Positions 1 to 14,156 of a stretch of DNA of 64,000 nt are shown here, piece by piece. The DNA comes from Pseudolabrys sp. GTDB taxonomy: Bacteria; Pseudomonadota; Alphaproteobacteria; Rhizobiales; Xanthobacteraceae. The stretch covers positions 54,196-118,195 of the forward strand of contig JALHRB010000007.1 of the NCBI GenBank assembly GCA_022841665.1. Reading direction: 5' to 3'. A program made the position numbers and the translations under genes. Position 1 is the first letter of the stretch; every line of letters begins with the position of its first letter. Under the pieces are notes generated by a model, which saw only the letters and a program-made list of their open reading frames with translations, was not told the DNA's origin and did no database searches.

Positions 1-62
1 TTGCCCTGAAAATTCCGTGTCCCGGGCGCCCGTTCCCGACGGCGCTGTCGATGCGCCCGGAG

Positions 63-776
63 CTACCCGACGACCGTCGCGCGCCCCTTGCCGCGCAGCA
101 CGGCCTCGATCGCACCCTTGTCCGCGATCGAGAAAACGATGATAGGCAAACGATTTTCCCGGGCAAGCGCGAAAGCGGCGCCATCCATGACGCGCAGGTC
201 CTTCTCGATCGCTTCCTGGTGGCTAATCCGCTCGTAGCGCTTGGCCTGCGGGTCTTTCTTGGGGTCGGCGCTGTAGACGCCGTCCACATTGGTGGCCTTG
301 AGCACCGCCTGCGCCTCGAGTTCCGCCGCGCGCAAGACCGCGGTGGTGTCGGTGGTGAAGAACGGATTGCCGGTACCGGCGGCGAGCAAGACGACGCGGC
401 CCTTGCCGAGGTTCTTCATCGCGCGCTTGCGGTTGTACTGCTCGCAGACCGAGGGCATGGCCAGCGCCGAGAGCGTGCGCGCCTCGCAACCGGCGCGCTC
501 GATAGCGGCTTCGAGCACCAGGCAGTTCATCACGGTGGCGAGCATGCCCATGGTGTCGCCGACCGGGCGCGGCACGCCGCGCTCCGACACTTCGACACCG
601 CGGAAGATGTTGCCGCCGCCGACCACCACGCCGAGCTCGACGCCGAGCCTGGCGGTGGCGACGAGATCGGCGGCGAGCCGCTCGACCGTGACCTGATCGA
701 TGCCGAAGTCGCCGTTGCCGGTGAGCGCCTCGCCGGACAGCTTGACGATGACGCGTCGGTAGACCGGATCACTCAT
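63..776 (-). CDS. pyrH: UMP kinase
   Basis: 237-aa ORF with typical PyrH sequence ([18 protein letters not shown]). Sits in the conserved rpsB-tsf-pyrH order. Confidence 0.95.
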   Translation of the reverse strand: MSDPVYRRVIVKLSGEALTGNGDFGIDQVTVERLAADLVATARLGVELGVVVGGGNIFRGVEVSERGVPRPVGDTMGMLATVMNCLVLEAAIERAGCEARTLSALAMPSVCEQYNRKRAMKNLGKGRVVLLAAGTGNPFFTTDTTAVLRAAELEAQAVLKATNVDGVYSADPKKDPQAKRYERISHQEAIEKDLRVMDGAAFALARENRLPIIVFSIADKGAIEAVLRGKGRATVVG

Positions 777-839
777 GCCTTGCGATCCCCCAAGCGGCTC
801 TCCAACACGGCGCCGGCGCGAAGCGGCTGGCGCTGCGCT

Positions 840-1763
840 TTAGCTCTGACCGGCGGCGGCCGCCACTTCGGCGGCGAAGTCGGTTTCCTGCTTCTCGATC
901 CCCTCGCCGAGCGCGTAGCGCACGAAGCCGGTAATCTTGATCGGCCCGCCCACTTTGCCTTCGGCCTCCTTCAGCGCCTGCGCGACCGTCTTCGAGGTGT
1001 CGTGCACGTAGACCTGCTCCAGCAGGCAGACTTCCTTATAGAAGGTCTTGAGGCCCGACTCGACGATCTTGTCGATCACGTTGGCCGGTTTCCCCTGTTG
1101 TCTGAACTTGTCGGCGAGCACGTCCTTCTCGCGCGCGACCACGGCCGGGTCGAGGCCGGCGGCCTCGAGCGCCTGCGGGTTGGCGGCGGCGACGTGCATC
1201 GCGACCATGCGGCCGAGCGCGACGAGCTCGTCGGCCTTGCCGGACGATTCGAGCCCGACCAGCACGCCGATCTTGCCGAGGCCGTCGATGACCGAGTTGT
1301 GCACATAGGACCCGATGACGCCCTGCTTCACCTCGAGCGCGGCGGCGCGGCGCAGCGTCATGTTCTCGCCGACCTTGGCGATGGTGTCGGTGATGGCCTC
1401 GCCGACCGTGATGCTGCCGGCCTTGGCTGCCTTGATCGCCTCGACGTCGGTGCCGACGGCGAGCGCGACATCGGCGATCATCTTCACGAGGCCCTGGAAC
1501 AGGTCGTTGCGGGCGACGAAGTCGGTCTCCGAATTGACCTCGACCACGACGCCCTTGGGGCCCGCCACCTTGACGCCGATGAGGCCTTCGGCCGCGACGC
1601 GGCCGGCCTTCTTGGCGGCCTTAGACAGGCCCTTCTTGCGCAGCCAGTCCTGCGCGGCGGTCATGTCGCCGCCCGTCTCGGTGAGCGCGGCCTTGCAATC
1701 CATCATGCCGGCGCCGGTCGACTCGCGCAGATCCTTGACCATTCCTGCGGTGATATTAGCCAT
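840..1763 (-). CDS. tsf: Translation elongation factor Ts
   Basis: 307-aa ORF. N-terminal UBA-like motif [24 protein letters not shown]. Lies directly downstream of rpsB. Confidence 0.95.
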   Translation of the reverse strand: MANITAGMVKDLRESTGAGMMDCKAALTETGGDMTAAQDWLRKKGLSKAAKKAGRVAAEGLIGVKVAGPKGVVVEVNSETDFVARNDLFQGLVKMIADVALAVGTDVEAIKAAKAGSITVGEAITDTIAKVGENMTLRRAAALEVKQGVIGSYVHNSVIDGLGKIGVLVGLESSGKADELVALGRMVAMHVAAANPQALEAAGLDPAVVAREKDVLADKFRQQGKPANVIDKIVESGLKTFYKEVCLLEQVYVHDTSKTVAQALKEAEGKVGGPIKITGFVRYALGEGIEKQETDFAAEVAAAAGQS

Positions 1764-1858
1764 CGAACTATTCCTTCATGCGTAAAGGGCCGGGCATTTC
1801 CGGCGGCGGCGCCGTCACCGGCGCCGCGCAAACCTATTGAGGCGAGACGACGGCGGAA

Positions 1859-2860
1859 TTACTCCGCCGTCAGTTCCTTGGCCTTGGCGATCCAACCGCC
1901 GACGCGGCCCGGAAGGCCGACTTCCTCGCCGACATTGTGCGCGGCCTTGTCGTTGAGCTCGGCGATCTGCGTGTAGTGGAAAATACCGAGATCGTTGAGC
2001 TGCTTCTCGATCGCCGGCGAAACGCCGGGCAGCTTCTTGAGGTCGTCGGCGACGCCGCGCGGACCCGGAAGCGGCTCGAAGCCGAGATCGCCCGCCGCCG
2101 GAGCGGTCGGGATCTGCTCGGCGATGACCGGCTTGTCCTGCGCGCCGATGTCGACGCCCGCTTCGCCCTGGGCGCGCGAGATGCCGTCGATGGCGGCCTT
2201 GGCGATCAGGTCGCAATAGAGCGAGACGGCGCGGCTGGCGTCGTCGTTGCCCGGCACCGGAAAGGTGATGCCGACCGGATCGCAGTTGGTGTCGACGATG
2301 GCCGCGACCGGAATGTTCAGGCGCTGGGCCTCCTTGATCGCGATGTCTTCCTTGTTGGTGTCGATCACGAACAGGAGGTCGGGCACGCCGCCCATGTCCT
2401 TGATGCCGCCGAGCGAGCGGTCGAGCTTGTCGCGCTCGCGCTGCATGGTGAGGCGCTCTTTCTTGGTGTAGCCGCCGCCGTCGCCCGAGGAGAGCATCTC
2501 GTCGAGCTTGCGCAGGCGCGAGATCGAGCCCGAGATAGTCTTCCAGTTGGTCAGCGTGCCGCCGAGCCAGCGCGAATTGACGTAGTACTGCGCCGAGCGC
2601 TTGGCGGCGTCGGCGATGGCGTCCTGCGCCTGGCGCTTGGTGCCGACGAACAGGATGCGGCCGCCTTTGGCGACGGTGTCGGAGACCGCTTTCAATGCCT
2701 GATGCAGCATCGGCACGGTCTGGGCGAGGTCGACGATGTGGATGTTGTTGCGGGTGCCGAAGATGTATTGACCCATCTTCGGGTTCCAGCGGTGGGCCTG
2801 ATGGCCGAAGTGCACGCCAGCTTCCAAAAGCTGACGCATCGAGAAGTCAGGAAGAGCCAT
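1859..2860 (-). CDS. rpsB: 30S ribosomal protein S2 with a C-terminal extension
   Basis: Track ORF 1859..3079 trimmed to the internal ATG at 2860 ([21 protein letters not shown], the canonical S2 N-terminus). The ~80-aa tail contains an HhH-like motif. Confidence 0.92.
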   Translation of the reverse strand: MALPDFSMRQLLEAGVHFGHQAHRWNPKMGQYIFGTRNNIHIVDLAQTVPMLHQALKAVSDTVAKGGRILFVGTKRQAQDAIADAAKRSAQYYVNSRWLGGTLTNWKTISGSISRLRKLDEMLSSGDGGGYTKKERLTMQRERDKLDRSLGGIKDMGGVPDLLFVIDTNKEDIAIKEAQRLNIPVAAIVDTNCDPVGITFPVPGNDDASRAVSLYCDLIAKAAIDGISRAQGEAGVDIGAQDKPVIAEQIPTAPAAGDLGFEPLPGPRGVADDLKKLPGVSPAIEKQLNDLGIFHYTQIAELNDKAAHNVGEEVGLPGRVGGWIAKAKELTAE

Positions 2861-3059
2861 TAGAATTCTCCGGTTGATCCGCCGCGGACGGTTGTGAGCC
2901 CGTTTTCGCGAAGGAAAACCGGACCACCGGATGGCGAAACAGCCCATTGTCGGGGCCGCAGCCGAACGTCCGCGTGAGTGATGTGCCGGCTTATATAGGG
3001 CGGATTCCGGGGATGCAAGGCGGCGCAAGGGGTTAAACGAGGCCCTAACGCCCAGTGCC

Positions 3060-3158
3060 GTCATCCCCGGCGAGCGCAAGCGAGGCCGGGGATCCAGTAC
3101 CCCGTGCCCTATCGACAGGCTGCGGCGTACTGGGCCCCCGCCTTGGCGGGGGCGACGG
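3060..3158. repeat. REP-like palindromic intergenic element
   Basis: Nested hairpins: ccccggc..gccgggg, ccagtac..gtactgg and gcccccgcc-tt-ggcgggggc. Lies immediately downstream of the dnaE stop. Same style as the element at 9836-9939. Confidence 0.5.
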
Positions 3159-6638
<3,480 letters not shown>

Positions 6639-6926
6639 ACCGCCTCAAAGCGTGAGTGATTCTTGTCGGACCCAAAGTGAGAGCAGCCGGCCGCTAAGTC
6701 CATCGCCAAGGCGCCCCTGCGCCCCCCTATCCCCGCCATCCAGAGGAGCGGGCGCGCCTTCCGCGCGCGCACACCGAAAATAAATCACGATACGCTCCGG
6801 ACTGAAGGTCGGGGGCGGCGCAACCAAAAACCCTTACCATTAGCCACTTTGCAACCATGCTTTGGAACCTGGAGTTTAAGGCTTCGGCACTAGGGTCGCC
6901 CGTGTAAAAACACAGGGGAGGTACTC

Positions 6927-7088
6927 ATGCGTCATCTGGTTTGGATTGCCGCTCTCGCGGTCGGTTTCGTTGCGTTTCAAACGTGGAATCCCGGCAACAG
7001 CGCCCAGTTGGCGTCCATCGACATCGGGGCCCTTCAGATGCAGGCCGACAAAGCCATGCCGGTCATGGTGATCGACAACGCCGTCTGA
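6927..7088 (+). CDS. Small (53 aa) signal-peptide or membrane-anchored protein, unknown function
   Basis: Below the ORF-track size cutoff. ATG is preceded by GGGGAGG 6 nt upstream. Hydrophobic N-terminus (MRHLVWIAALAVGFVAF). A rho-independent terminator follows. Confidence 0.45.
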   Translation: MRHLVWIAALAVGFVAFQTWNPGNSAQLASIDIGALQMQADKAMPVMVIDNAV

Positions 7089-7115
7089 GAGCGCGTTTGC
7101 TTTCAAACGCCGGGA

Positions 7116-7148
7116 GAGGCCGCCTTTGGCGGCCTCTTTCGCTTTTTT
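7116..7148 (+). terminator. Rho-independent terminator
   Basis: Stem gaggccgcc / ggcggcctc with a tt loop, followed by tttcgctttttt. Confidence 0.65.
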
Positions 7149-7238
7149 GGCTCCCTGTGCGGGCATCGTCGGCCGGGCATCGCGCGCGCCCTCTTCAGGC
7201 CCCCTAAGCGCCGGCCGATTGTCGATCGATGCTCGCAG

Positions 7239-7337
7239 TCAGAGGCTACCGAGCACCTGCGACCAGATGGCGATCATGCCGACGAAAAGGGCGAGCGAGG
7301 TGAGCGCGGCGGCTTCCTGGATGACGGCTTTGAACAT
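7239..7337 (-). CDS. Possible 32-aa membrane mini-protein
   Basis: MFKAVIQEAAALTSLALFVGMIAIWSQVLGSL. GGGGAGAAAG lies upstream of the ATG. No homology is recognisable by eye. Confidence 0.3.
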   Translation of the reverse strand: MFKAVIQEAAALTSLALFVGMIAIWSQVLGSL

Positions 7338-7475
7338 GACTTTCTCCCCAGAACGGAGAGAGAACATAGTTCATGGTATGTTCTTTTGTCAAGTACCCCT
7401 GAAAGGGGCCGCGACAGTTTGCTCCGGCGCAAAACGCAAAGGGCGGTTGAGGGCCGATAGGTTTGTTTCGTAACA

Positions 7476-7694
7476 TTGAATGCAGCTTTCCCTAAACAGG
7501 CGGCATCCAACATGCTCATCACGGGGTTGGTCCTTGTCGTTGTCACCACGGCCTTCCTGTGGCTGTGCCGCCCTGGTGCCGATCGCCAAGTGAGGCGTTT
7601 CTTGAGGAGCGGCTTGGACGTCATTGCCGCGATTGCGATAACCATCGGATACGGGATCAGCGCGGTGTTCATCGCTGCCGGCCTGGGGTCTTAG
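7476..7694 (+). CDS. Hypothetical small two-TM membrane protein
   Basis: 72-aa ORF with two hydrophobic segments. The first codon is TTG; an internal ATG at 7512 is an alternative start. The RBS is weak. Confidence 0.3.
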   Translation: MNAAFPKQAASNMLITGLVLVVVTTAFLWLCRPGADRQVRRFLRSGLDVIAAIAITIGYGISAVFIAAGLGS

Positions 7695-7747
7695 CGGGCG
7701 CACGCTGCCGGCGCCTGCGGTTGACTGACGAACCGCCTGTGCGGGCC

Positions 7748-8476
7748 CTACTCCAACTCCACCACCTTGCCTTCCCGGATGGTCACCCGCCGGTCCATGC
7801 GGGCGGCGAGGTCCATGTTGTGGGTGGCGATGATGGTGGCGAGCCCGGAGGCACGCACGAGCTGGCTGAGCGCATGGAACACGTGCTCGGCGGTGTGGAC
7901 GTCGAGATTGCCGGTCGGCTCGTCGGCCAGCAGGATGCGCGGCGCATTCGCCACCGCGCGCGCGATCGCCACGCGCTGCTGCTCGCCGCCCGACAGTTCC
8001 GACGGCTGGTGGTCGAGCCGGTTGGCGAGCCCCAGATAGCCGAGCAGCTCGGTCGCGCGCTTCTTGGCCTCGGCACGCGCCAGCCCGCGGATCATCTGCG
8101 GCATCACCACGTTTTCGAGCGCGGTGAACTCCGGCAGCAGCCGGTGCGACTGGTAGATGAAGCCGATCTCGTTGCGGCGGATGCGCGTGCGCTCGGCGTC
8201 CGGCAGCATCGCGGTGCCGCGGCCGTCGATATAGACCTCGCCGTGGTCGGGATGCTCCAGCAGCCCGGCGATGTGCAGCAGCGTCGACTTGCCGGCGCCG
8301 GACGGCGCCACCAGCGCCACCGACTGGCCCGGCCAGACGGCGAGCTCGACGCCGGTGAGGATGTCGAGCGTGGCGTCGCCCTGCCGGTAATGGCGCTCGA
8401 CGTCGTGCAGGAAGAGGACCGGGACCTCTTCGGCCTTTTCCTCCACCACGGCTTCGACGACCATCGTCTCACTCAT
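7748..8476 (-). CDS. lolD: Lipoprotein-releasing system ATP-binding protein
   Basis: ABC ATPase motifs: Walker [10 protein letters not shown], signature [14 protein letters not shown], Walker [12 protein letters not shown]. Overlaps the upstream permease gene. Confidence 0.9.
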   Translation of the reverse strand: MSETMVVEAVVEEKAEEVPVLFLHDVERHYRQGDATLDILTGVELAVWPGQSVALVAPSGAGKSTLLHIAGLLEHPDHGEVYIDGRGTAMLPDAERTRIRRNEIGFIYQSHRLLPEFTALENVVMPQMIRGLARAEAKKRATELLGYLGLANRLDHQPSELSGGEQQRVAIARAVANAPRILLADEPTGNLDVHTAEHVFHALSQLVRASGLATIIATHNMDLAARMDRRVTIREGKVVELE

Positions 8477-9737
8477 AGCGCAGCGCCTCCACCGGATCGA
8501 GGCGCGCGGCGCGCCAGGACGGATAGAGCGTGGCGAGCAGCGACAGCGTCAGCGCCATGATGACCACGGCGGTGGTCTCGCCGACGTCCATGTCGGCCGG
8601 CAGGCGCGAGAGGAAATAGAGCTCGGGCGAGAACAGTTCGGTCGAAGTCATCCACGACAGGAACTGCCGGATGCTCTCGACGTTCCAGCAGATCACGACG
8701 CCGAGCAGGAAGCCGCAGATGGTGCCGACCACGCCGATGGCCGCGCCGGTGATCAGGAACACGCGCATGACCGAGCCTTGCGTCGCGCCCATGGTGCGCA
8801 GGATGGCGATGTCCTGGCCCTTGTCCTTCACCAGCATGATGAGGCCGGAGACGATGTTGAGCGCCGCCACCAGCACGATCAGCGTGAGGATGAGGAACAT
8901 CACGTTGCGCTCGACCTGCAGCGCGTTGAAGAAGGTGGCGTTGCGCTGGCGCCAGTCGATCAGGTAGATCGGCCGCTGCGCCGCCTCCTGCACCAGCTTG
9001 CGGTAGACGTCCACGCGGTCGGGATTGTCGGAGTAGATCTCGATGGCGGTGACGTCGCCGGCGCGGTTGAAATAGGCCTGCGCTTCCTTGAGCGGCATGA
9101 ACACGATGGCGCTGTCGTATTCCGACATGCCGATCTCGAACACCGCCGCCACCTTGTAGACCTTGATGCGCGGCGTGGTGCCCATCGGCGTCACCGCGCC
9201 GCGCGGCGCCACCAGCGTGATGTTGTCGCCCGAGCGCAGCGAGAGCTGGTCGGCCAGCCGGCGGCCGATGGCAACCCCCTGCCCCTCGTCGAAGCCGCCG
9301 AGCGAGCCCTGCTTGATGTTGTTGACGACGGAGCGCAGGCCTTCGAGGTCCTGCAGCCGGATGCCGCGCACCAGCACGCCGCCGGCGTTGAAAGGCGAGG
9401 AGGCCAGCGCCTGGCCCTCGACGATGGGCGCGGCGAGCCGAATGCCCTTTACGCCGGCGATGCGCGCGGCCACCTCGTTCCAGTCGGTGAGCGGCTTCTC
9501 GAGCGGCTGCACCAGCAGGTGGCCATTGAGGCCGAGGATCTTGTCGAGCAGTTCTTTACGGAAGCCGTTCATCACCGCCATCACGATGATGAGGGTGGCG
9601 ACGCCGAGCATGATGCCGAGGAAGGAGAACCCGGCGATGACCGAGATGAATCCTTCCTTGCGCCGCGCCCTGAGGTAGCGCAGCGACAACATCCATTCGA
9701 ACGGGGAGAAGGGCCGCGTCCCCTGGGGCTCGGTCAT
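8469..9737 (-). CDS. Lipoprotein-releasing ABC transporter permease (LolC/E family)
   Basis: MacB/FtsX-type permease with 4 TM segments and a large periplasmic loop. Start trimmed to [10 protein letters not shown]. Confidence 0.88.
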   Translation of the reverse strand: MTEPQGTRPFSPFEWMLSLRYLRARRKEGFISVIAGFSFLGIMLGVATLIIVMAVMNGFRKELLDKILGLNGHLLVQPLEKPLTDWNEVAARIAGVKGIRLAAPIVEGQALASSPFNAGGVLVRGIRLQDLEGLRSVVNNIKQGSLGGFDEGQGVAIGRRLADQLSLRSGDNITLVAPRGAVTPMGTTPRIKVYKVAAVFEIGMSEYDSAIVFMPLKEAQAYFNRAGDVTAIEIYSDNPDRVDVYRKLVQEAAQRPIYLIDWRQRNATFFNALQVERNVMFLILTLIVLVAALNIVSGLIMLVKDKGQDIAILRTMGATQGSVMRVFLITGAAIGVVGTICGFLLGVVICWNVESIRQFLSWMTSTELFSPELYFLSRLPADMDVGETTAVVIMALTLSLLATLYPSWRAARLDPVEALRYE

Positions 9738-9835
9738 TGTTTGTGTGTTCCCGCACACGGGTTTTCACACGATTCGGGCGGTTTCGTGCCCGCAAGCGGC
9801 GCAAAGTCTTTGGCGGCACACAGGATTCTACAACC

Positions 9836-9939
9836 GTCATTCCGGGACGCGAGCGCAGCTCGCGGGCCTGGAATCCATACGCCGTAGCGCTGCGGGTTAT
9901 GGATTCCGGGCTCGCCGCTTCGCGGCGCCCCGGAATGAC
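9836..9939. repeat. REP-like inverted-repeat element
   Basis: Left arm gtcattccgggacgcgagcgcagctcgcgggcctggaatccata. Right arm ttatggattccgggctcgccgcttcgcggcgccccggaatgac. Sits in the lol-proS spacer. Confidence 0.55.
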
Positions 9940-9942
9940 GAG

Positions 9943-11265
9943 TTACTTGGTCAGAAGATCCAGCGCCGCGGCGGGCGACATCAGTTCCTTGCTGCCGTCA
10001 GCGCGCTTCTTCACCTCGACCTTGCCTTCGGCGAGCCCGCGCGGGCCGACCATCACCTGATACGGGAGGCCGATGAGATCGGCTGTGTTGAACTTGGCGC
10101 CGGCGCCTTTGTCCGTGTCGTCATAGAGGACGTCGAGGCCTTTGGCCGCGAAGCCGCGGTAAAGTTCCTCGCAGGCGCCGTTGGTGGCGGCGTCGCCCTG
10201 CTTGAGGTTGAGGAGCGCGATCTTGAACGGCGCGACGGGCTCCGGCCAGACGATGCCGGCATCGTCATGCGAGGCCTCGATGATCGCCGCCACAAGGCGG
10301 CTCGGCCCGATGCCGTAGGAACCCATGTGCACCGGCACGTCGCCGCCCGCGCCGGTGGCGACCACCGCCTTCATCGGTTCGGAATACTTGGTGCCGAAAT
10401 AGAAGATGTGGCCGACCTCGATGCCGCGCGCCGAGACTTGGGCGTCGGCAGGCACCTTGGCGAACTCGGCCGCCTCGTGCATGTCGGAGGTTGCGGCGTA
10501 GCGCGACGTCCACTGCCCGACGATCTTTTGCAGGCCGTCGACGTCGTCGAAGTTCACGTCCTCGCCCGGCACCGCCATGTCGAGATAGTCCTTGTGGCAG
10601 AACACCTCGGACTCGCCGGTCTGCGCCAGGATGATGAATTCGTGGGACAGGTTGCCGCCGATCGGGCCGGTGTCGGCGCGCATCGGGATCGACTTCAGGC
10701 CCATGCGCGCGAATGTGCGCAAATAGGCGACGAACATCTTGTTGTAGGAGTGCTGCGCGCCGGCCTGGTCGACGTCGAACGAGTAGGCGTCCTTCATCAG
10801 GAACTCGCGGCCGCGCATCAGGCCGAAGCGCGGGCGCACCTCGTCGCGGAACTTCCACTGGATGTGATAGAGATTGAGCGGGAGATCCTTGTAGGAGCGC
10901 ACATAGGCGCGGAAGATCTCCGTGATCATCTCCTCGTTGGTCGGGCCGTAGAGCATCTCGCGCTCGTGGCGGTCCTTGATGCGCAGCATTTCCTTGCCGT
11001 AGGCGTCGTAGCGGCCGCTCTCGCGCCAGAGGTCCGCCGACTGGATGGTCGGCATCAAGAGCTCGATGGCGCCGGAGCGATTCTGCTCCTCGCGCACGAT
11101 GGCGTTGATCTTGTTGAGGACCCGCAAGCCCATCGGCAGGAAGGCGTAGATGCCCGCGGCCTCCTGGCGCAGCATGCCGGCGCGCAGCATCAGGCGGTGC
11201 GAGACGATCTCGGCCTCGCGCGGCGCTTCGCGCAAGATGGGCATGAAGTAGCGGGACAGGCGCAT
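9943..11265 (-). CDS. proS: Prolyl-tRNA synthetase (short alphaproteobacterial type)
   Basis: Track ORF 9943..11826 trimmed to the ATG at 11265 ([30 protein letters not shown]). 440 aa with class II aaRS motifs. Confidence 0.95.
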   Translation of the reverse strand: MRLSRYFMPILREAPREAEIVSHRLMLRAGMLRQEAAGIYAFLPMGLRVLNKINAIVREEQNRSGAIELLMPTIQSADLWRESGRYDAYGKEMLRIKDRHEREMLYGPTNEEMITEIFRAYVRSYKDLPLNLYHIQWKFRDEVRPRFGLMRGREFLMKDAYSFDVDQAGAQHSYNKMFVAYLRTFARMGLKSIPMRADTGPIGGNLSHEFIILAQTGESEVFCHKDYLDMAVPGEDVNFDDVDGLQKIVGQWTSRYAATSDMHEAAEFAKVPADAQVSARGIEVGHIFYFGTKYSEPMKAVVATGAGGDVPVHMGSYGIGPSRLVAAIIEASHDDAGIVWPEPVAPFKIALLNLKQGDAATNGACEELYRGFAAKGLDVLYDDTDKGAGAKFNTADLIGLPYQVMVGPRGLAEGKVEVKKRADGSKELMSPAAALDLLTK

Positions 11266-11416
11266 GGTTTCGCTGCGATTCGAGGAACGGAGCGCCGAGT
11301 GAAAGCGGATCGGGCGTGAAAAGACAAGCCCAGGGCGCGTCGTTGATTGCGCGTCAGGCCCCCTTGCCGGGATACCATGACGGTGACAGGGTGCGGTCTG
11401 GGACGGGGCATCGTCG

Positions 11417-11785
11417 ATGCGTGCGGGCGTAAGAAAAGCGCTGAATGTGGTGGCGATCCTGGCGATCGCCCTGCACACCGTGCTGTGGGCGGGCGCCATG
11501 CCCTCCGCCGGCGCCGCAGTCGATCCCTTCAGCGTCATCTGCCACAGCGGCGAGCCGGCCGCCGACGCGCAGGCTCCCGACGCGCCGGCGCAGGCGCCGT
11601 CCAAGGCCTGCGACCATTGCAGCCTGTGCGCCTCCACCGCGGCGGGCGTGCCGCCCGAGGACATCATCGCCGGGCGCCTCGCGCCGGCCCGCGTCCTGTT
11701 GCGGCTAGCAGTGGCGACGTCGGCGCGGCCGCCGCACGAACTCGGTACCGACAAGCTGCCACGAGGTCCTCCGCAACCGGCGTGA
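11417..11785 (+). CDS. DUF2946-like cysteine/histidine protein
   Basis: N-terminal hydrophobic segment, then ICH..CDHCSLC motifs. Sits upstream of the YcnI-CopC-CopD genes, as is typical for this family. Confidence 0.55.
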   Translation: MRAGVRKALNVVAILAIALHTVLWAGAMPSAGAAVDPFSVICHSGEPAADAQAPDAPAQAPSKACDHCSLCASTAAGVPPEDIIAGRLAPARVLLRLAVATSARPPHELGTDKLPRGPPQPA

Positions 11786-11837
11786 AGCGTGCGGCGCAAG
11801 CCGCTTTCCCCTTCCGCCCATTGCAAGGATCACATCC

Positions 11838-12368
11838 ATGTCTCGTCTGAACCTTCGCGGCTGCGCGCGCGTTGCCGCCGCCTGTTATTTTCTCACCGCC
11901 GCACCCGCCTTCGCCCATGTCACGCTCGAGCAAAAGGAGGCGCCGGTCGGCGCTTCCTACAAGGCCGTGCTGCGCGTGCCGCACGGCTGCGGCGATTCAC
12001 CCACCGTGCGCATCACCGTGCGCATTCCCGAGGGCGTCATCGCGGTCAAGCCGATGGTGAAGCCGGGCTGGAAGATCGCCGTCAAGAAAGGCGCCTACGC
12101 CAAGTCCTATGGCTACTTCCACGGCGCGACCTTCTCGCATGGCGTCAAGGAAGTGACCTGGAGCGGCTGCCGGCTGCCGAACGACTTCTACGACGAGTTC
12201 GTCTTCGCCACCTTCATCGCCGGCGAGCTGCCGGCGGGGCAGACGCTCCACTTCCCGGTGGTGCAAAACTGCGCGAAGGGCGCCCACCACTGGGTTGACC
12301 TGCCGGCCGCGGACGGCAAGCCTGCCAAGGAACCTGCGCCGGGCGTCAAGCTGGTACCGAAGAACTAG
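11838..12368 (+). CDS. YcnI-family (DUF1775) periplasmic copper-binding protein
   Basis: Signal peptide ends AFA followed by HVTL, giving a mature N-terminal His. GASYKAVLRVPHGC motif present. Confidence 0.8.
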   Translation: MSRLNLRGCARVAAACYFLTAAPAFAHVTLEQKEAPVGASYKAVLRVPHGCGDSPTVRITVRIPEGVIAVKPMVKPGWKIAVKKGAYAKSYGYFHGATFSHGVKEVTWSGCRLPNDFYDEFVFATFIAGELPAGQTLHFPVVQNCAKGAHHWVDLPAADGKPAKEPAPGVKLVPKN

Positions 12369-12378
12369 GAGGCTGGTC

Positions 12379-12732
12379 ATGCGACTTCCCCTCTTCGTCA
12401 TCGCCGCCGCGCTGGCGCCGAGCTTGGCTTTCGCGCACGCGCATCTCGACCGCGCGATGCCGGCGAAGGGCAGCAACGTGTCGCCCGCCCCCAAAGAGGT
12501 GACCCTTTGGTTCACGGAAGCGATCGAGCCGAAGTTCTCCTCGATCGTCGTGCGCGACGCCAAGGGCGCGGCCATGCAGGACGGCGCGGCGCGCGTCGAT
12601 CCGGCCAACAAGGCGCAGTTGCGCGTGCCGGTGAAGCCATTGCCACCGGGCACCTACAAGGTGATCTGGCGCGTGCTGTCGGTCGACACGCACCGATCGC
12701 AGGGCGAGTTTACCTTCCGGGTCGGACCGTGA
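12379..12732 (+). CDS. copC: Copper resistance/homeostasis protein CopC
   Basis: Trimmed to the ATG at 12379, with AGGAGG 7 nt upstream. Signal peptide, then mature HAHL... A conserved His sits in SVDTHRSQG. No Met-rich Cu(I) loop is seen. Confidence 0.85.
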   Translation: MRLPLFVIAAALAPSLAFAHAHLDRAMPAKGSNVSPAPKEVTLWFTEAIEPKFSSIVVRDAKGAAMQDGAARVDPANKAQLRVPVKPLPPGTYKVIWRVLSVDTHRSQGEFTFRVGP

Positions 12733-12741
12733 GGCGGCAGC

Positions 12742-13956
12742 TTGATTGAGCCGCTGATCCTGGTGCGGGCTTTGCACTTCGCGGCGACGCTGCTGGCGTC
12801 CGGCACGGTGGGGTTCGGCGTGGCTGTGGCGCGAGGCGACATGCCGCCGGCCTTGCGGCGGCGGCTCGCGTTCCTGACCTGGGGCGCGCTCGCCGCTGCC
12901 GTGCTGTCCGGCGCGGCATGGCTGGTGCTGCTTGCCTCCGACATCTTCGGTGCGCCCATCGTCGAGGTCTGCCTGAACGGGGGCGCCTGGTCGGTGCTGA
13001 ACGATACCCGGTTCGGCCAGGTCGCAAGCGTCCGACTGGCCGTCGCCGTCGTCATGGCCGCACTGGTGGCGAGTCCTGGCGCGCGCGCGCTGCAACTGGC
13101 GGCGGCCGCGCTGTTCGCCGCCCTGCCCGCCTGGACCGGGCACGCCGGCGCCGGGCTTGGGCCGGCCGGAACGGTGCATCTGTGGTCGGACGCGGTGCAT
13201 CTGCTAGCGGCGGCCGCCTGGCTCGGCGCCCTGCCGGCGCTGGCGCTGTTCCTGCGCATGGAGCGGCGCGCGGAGGCGCTGGCGGCGGTCACCGGCCGCT
13301 TTTCGAGGCTGGGCGTGGCAAGCGTCGCCGTCCTGCTGGCGAGCGGCCTGATCAACAGCTGGAACCTGCTGGGCGACCCGCGGAACCTGATCGCGACCGA
13401 CTACGGCCGGCTGCTTTTGCTCAAGATCGCCCTGTTCGTGGCCATGGTGGCCGTGGCGGCGGTCAACCGCTTCCACCTGACGCCGCGGCTGCCGGACGGC
13501 GGGGCCGCCGGCGCGCTCGCCCGCAACAGCCTCCGGGAGGCCGCCTTGGGCCTGGGCGTTGTCCTGTTCGTGGGGGCGCTCGGCACCGTGCCGCCCTCGG
13601 CCCATGTCCATGTCGCGCCCACCGCGATCCCGACCGAGGCGGCCTACGTCCATATTCACACCGCGGAGGCTATGGCGGACGTGATCGTCGACCCCGGGGC
13701 CACGCAAAACCGTGCGATCATTCGCCTTTCGCGCGATGATGGGCAGGAATACCCCGCCCGGCGCGTGCGGCTGGTGCTCGACCCGCCCAGCGGAGGGCAA
13801 TCGTTGCAGATCGATGCAAATCGCAACGCAGAAGGCGCCTGGGAAGCCGCCGGACTGACCCTGCCCGCACCCGGAACCTGGACGGTCAAGGTCGTGATCG
13901 GAACCGAAGCCGGCGGCGAACTCATCCTCGACGCGCCGATCATGATCGAACCCTGA
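12742..13956 (+). CDS. copD: CopD-family inner-membrane copper protein with an extra C-terminal soluble domain
   Basis: Eight hydrophobic segments, including the WTGHAG and HLxxAAxWLG motifs. TTG start lies 5 nt after a GAGGCGG. The C-terminal ~115 aa is non-membrane. Confidence 0.8.
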   Translation: MIEPLILVRALHFAATLLASGTVGFGVAVARGDMPPALRRRLAFLTWGALAAAVLSGAAWLVLLASDIFGAPIVEVCLNGGAWSVLNDTRFGQVASVRLAVAVVMAALVASPGARALQLAAAALFAALPAWTGHAGAGLGPAGTVHLWSDAVHLLAAAAWLGALPALALFLRMERRAEALAAVTGRFSRLGVASVAVLLASGLINSWNLLGDPRNLIATDYGRLLLLKIALFVAMVAVAAVNRFHLTPRLPDGGAAGALARNSLREAALGLGVVLFVGALGTVPPSAHVHVAPTAIPTEAAYVHIHTAEAMADVIVDPGATQNRAIIRLSRDDGQEYPARRVRLVLDPPSGGQSLQIDANRNAEGAWEAAGLTLPAPGTWTVKVVIGTEAGGELILDAPIMIEP

Positions 13957-14156
13957 TCCCACGAATTCCGGATGACAGCGCGGAATTGTTGGGCTAGCCT
14001 CCCGCTCGTCCGTGTGACTGGAGACACCGGCGATAAGACCGGCTCCGACGTGCGGTCCAAGTCTTGGGAGGGAAGCACGTCCTTGGCGCGTTAACCCGCT
14101 GCCGCCTCGATCTCGGATAGAAGAAGAATCGAGGATCAAGGACACTGACATGCGAC

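Noticed and set aside
1-62. Expected the start of frr (ribosome recycling factor) downstream of pyrH at the window edge.
   Set aside because: No minus-strand start codon (cat, cac or caa on the plus strand) occurs in positions 1-62, so the window apparently ends in the pyrH-frr spacer.
51-1976. 641-aa plus-strand ORF spanning pyrH, tsf and part of rpsB. Similar very long ORFs occur at 3309-5291, 8778-9887, 9745-11319, 14846-17410, 17414-19216, 19054-20514, 20285-22618, 27922-29988, 30146-31981, 42956-45283, 45566-47023 and 53835-55316.
   Set aside because: All lie antisense to genes with unmistakable conserved products. Their translations are Arg/Ala/Gly/Asp/His-rich low-complexity strings typical of stop-poor frames in GC-rich DNA. 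None has an RBS or recognisable motifs.
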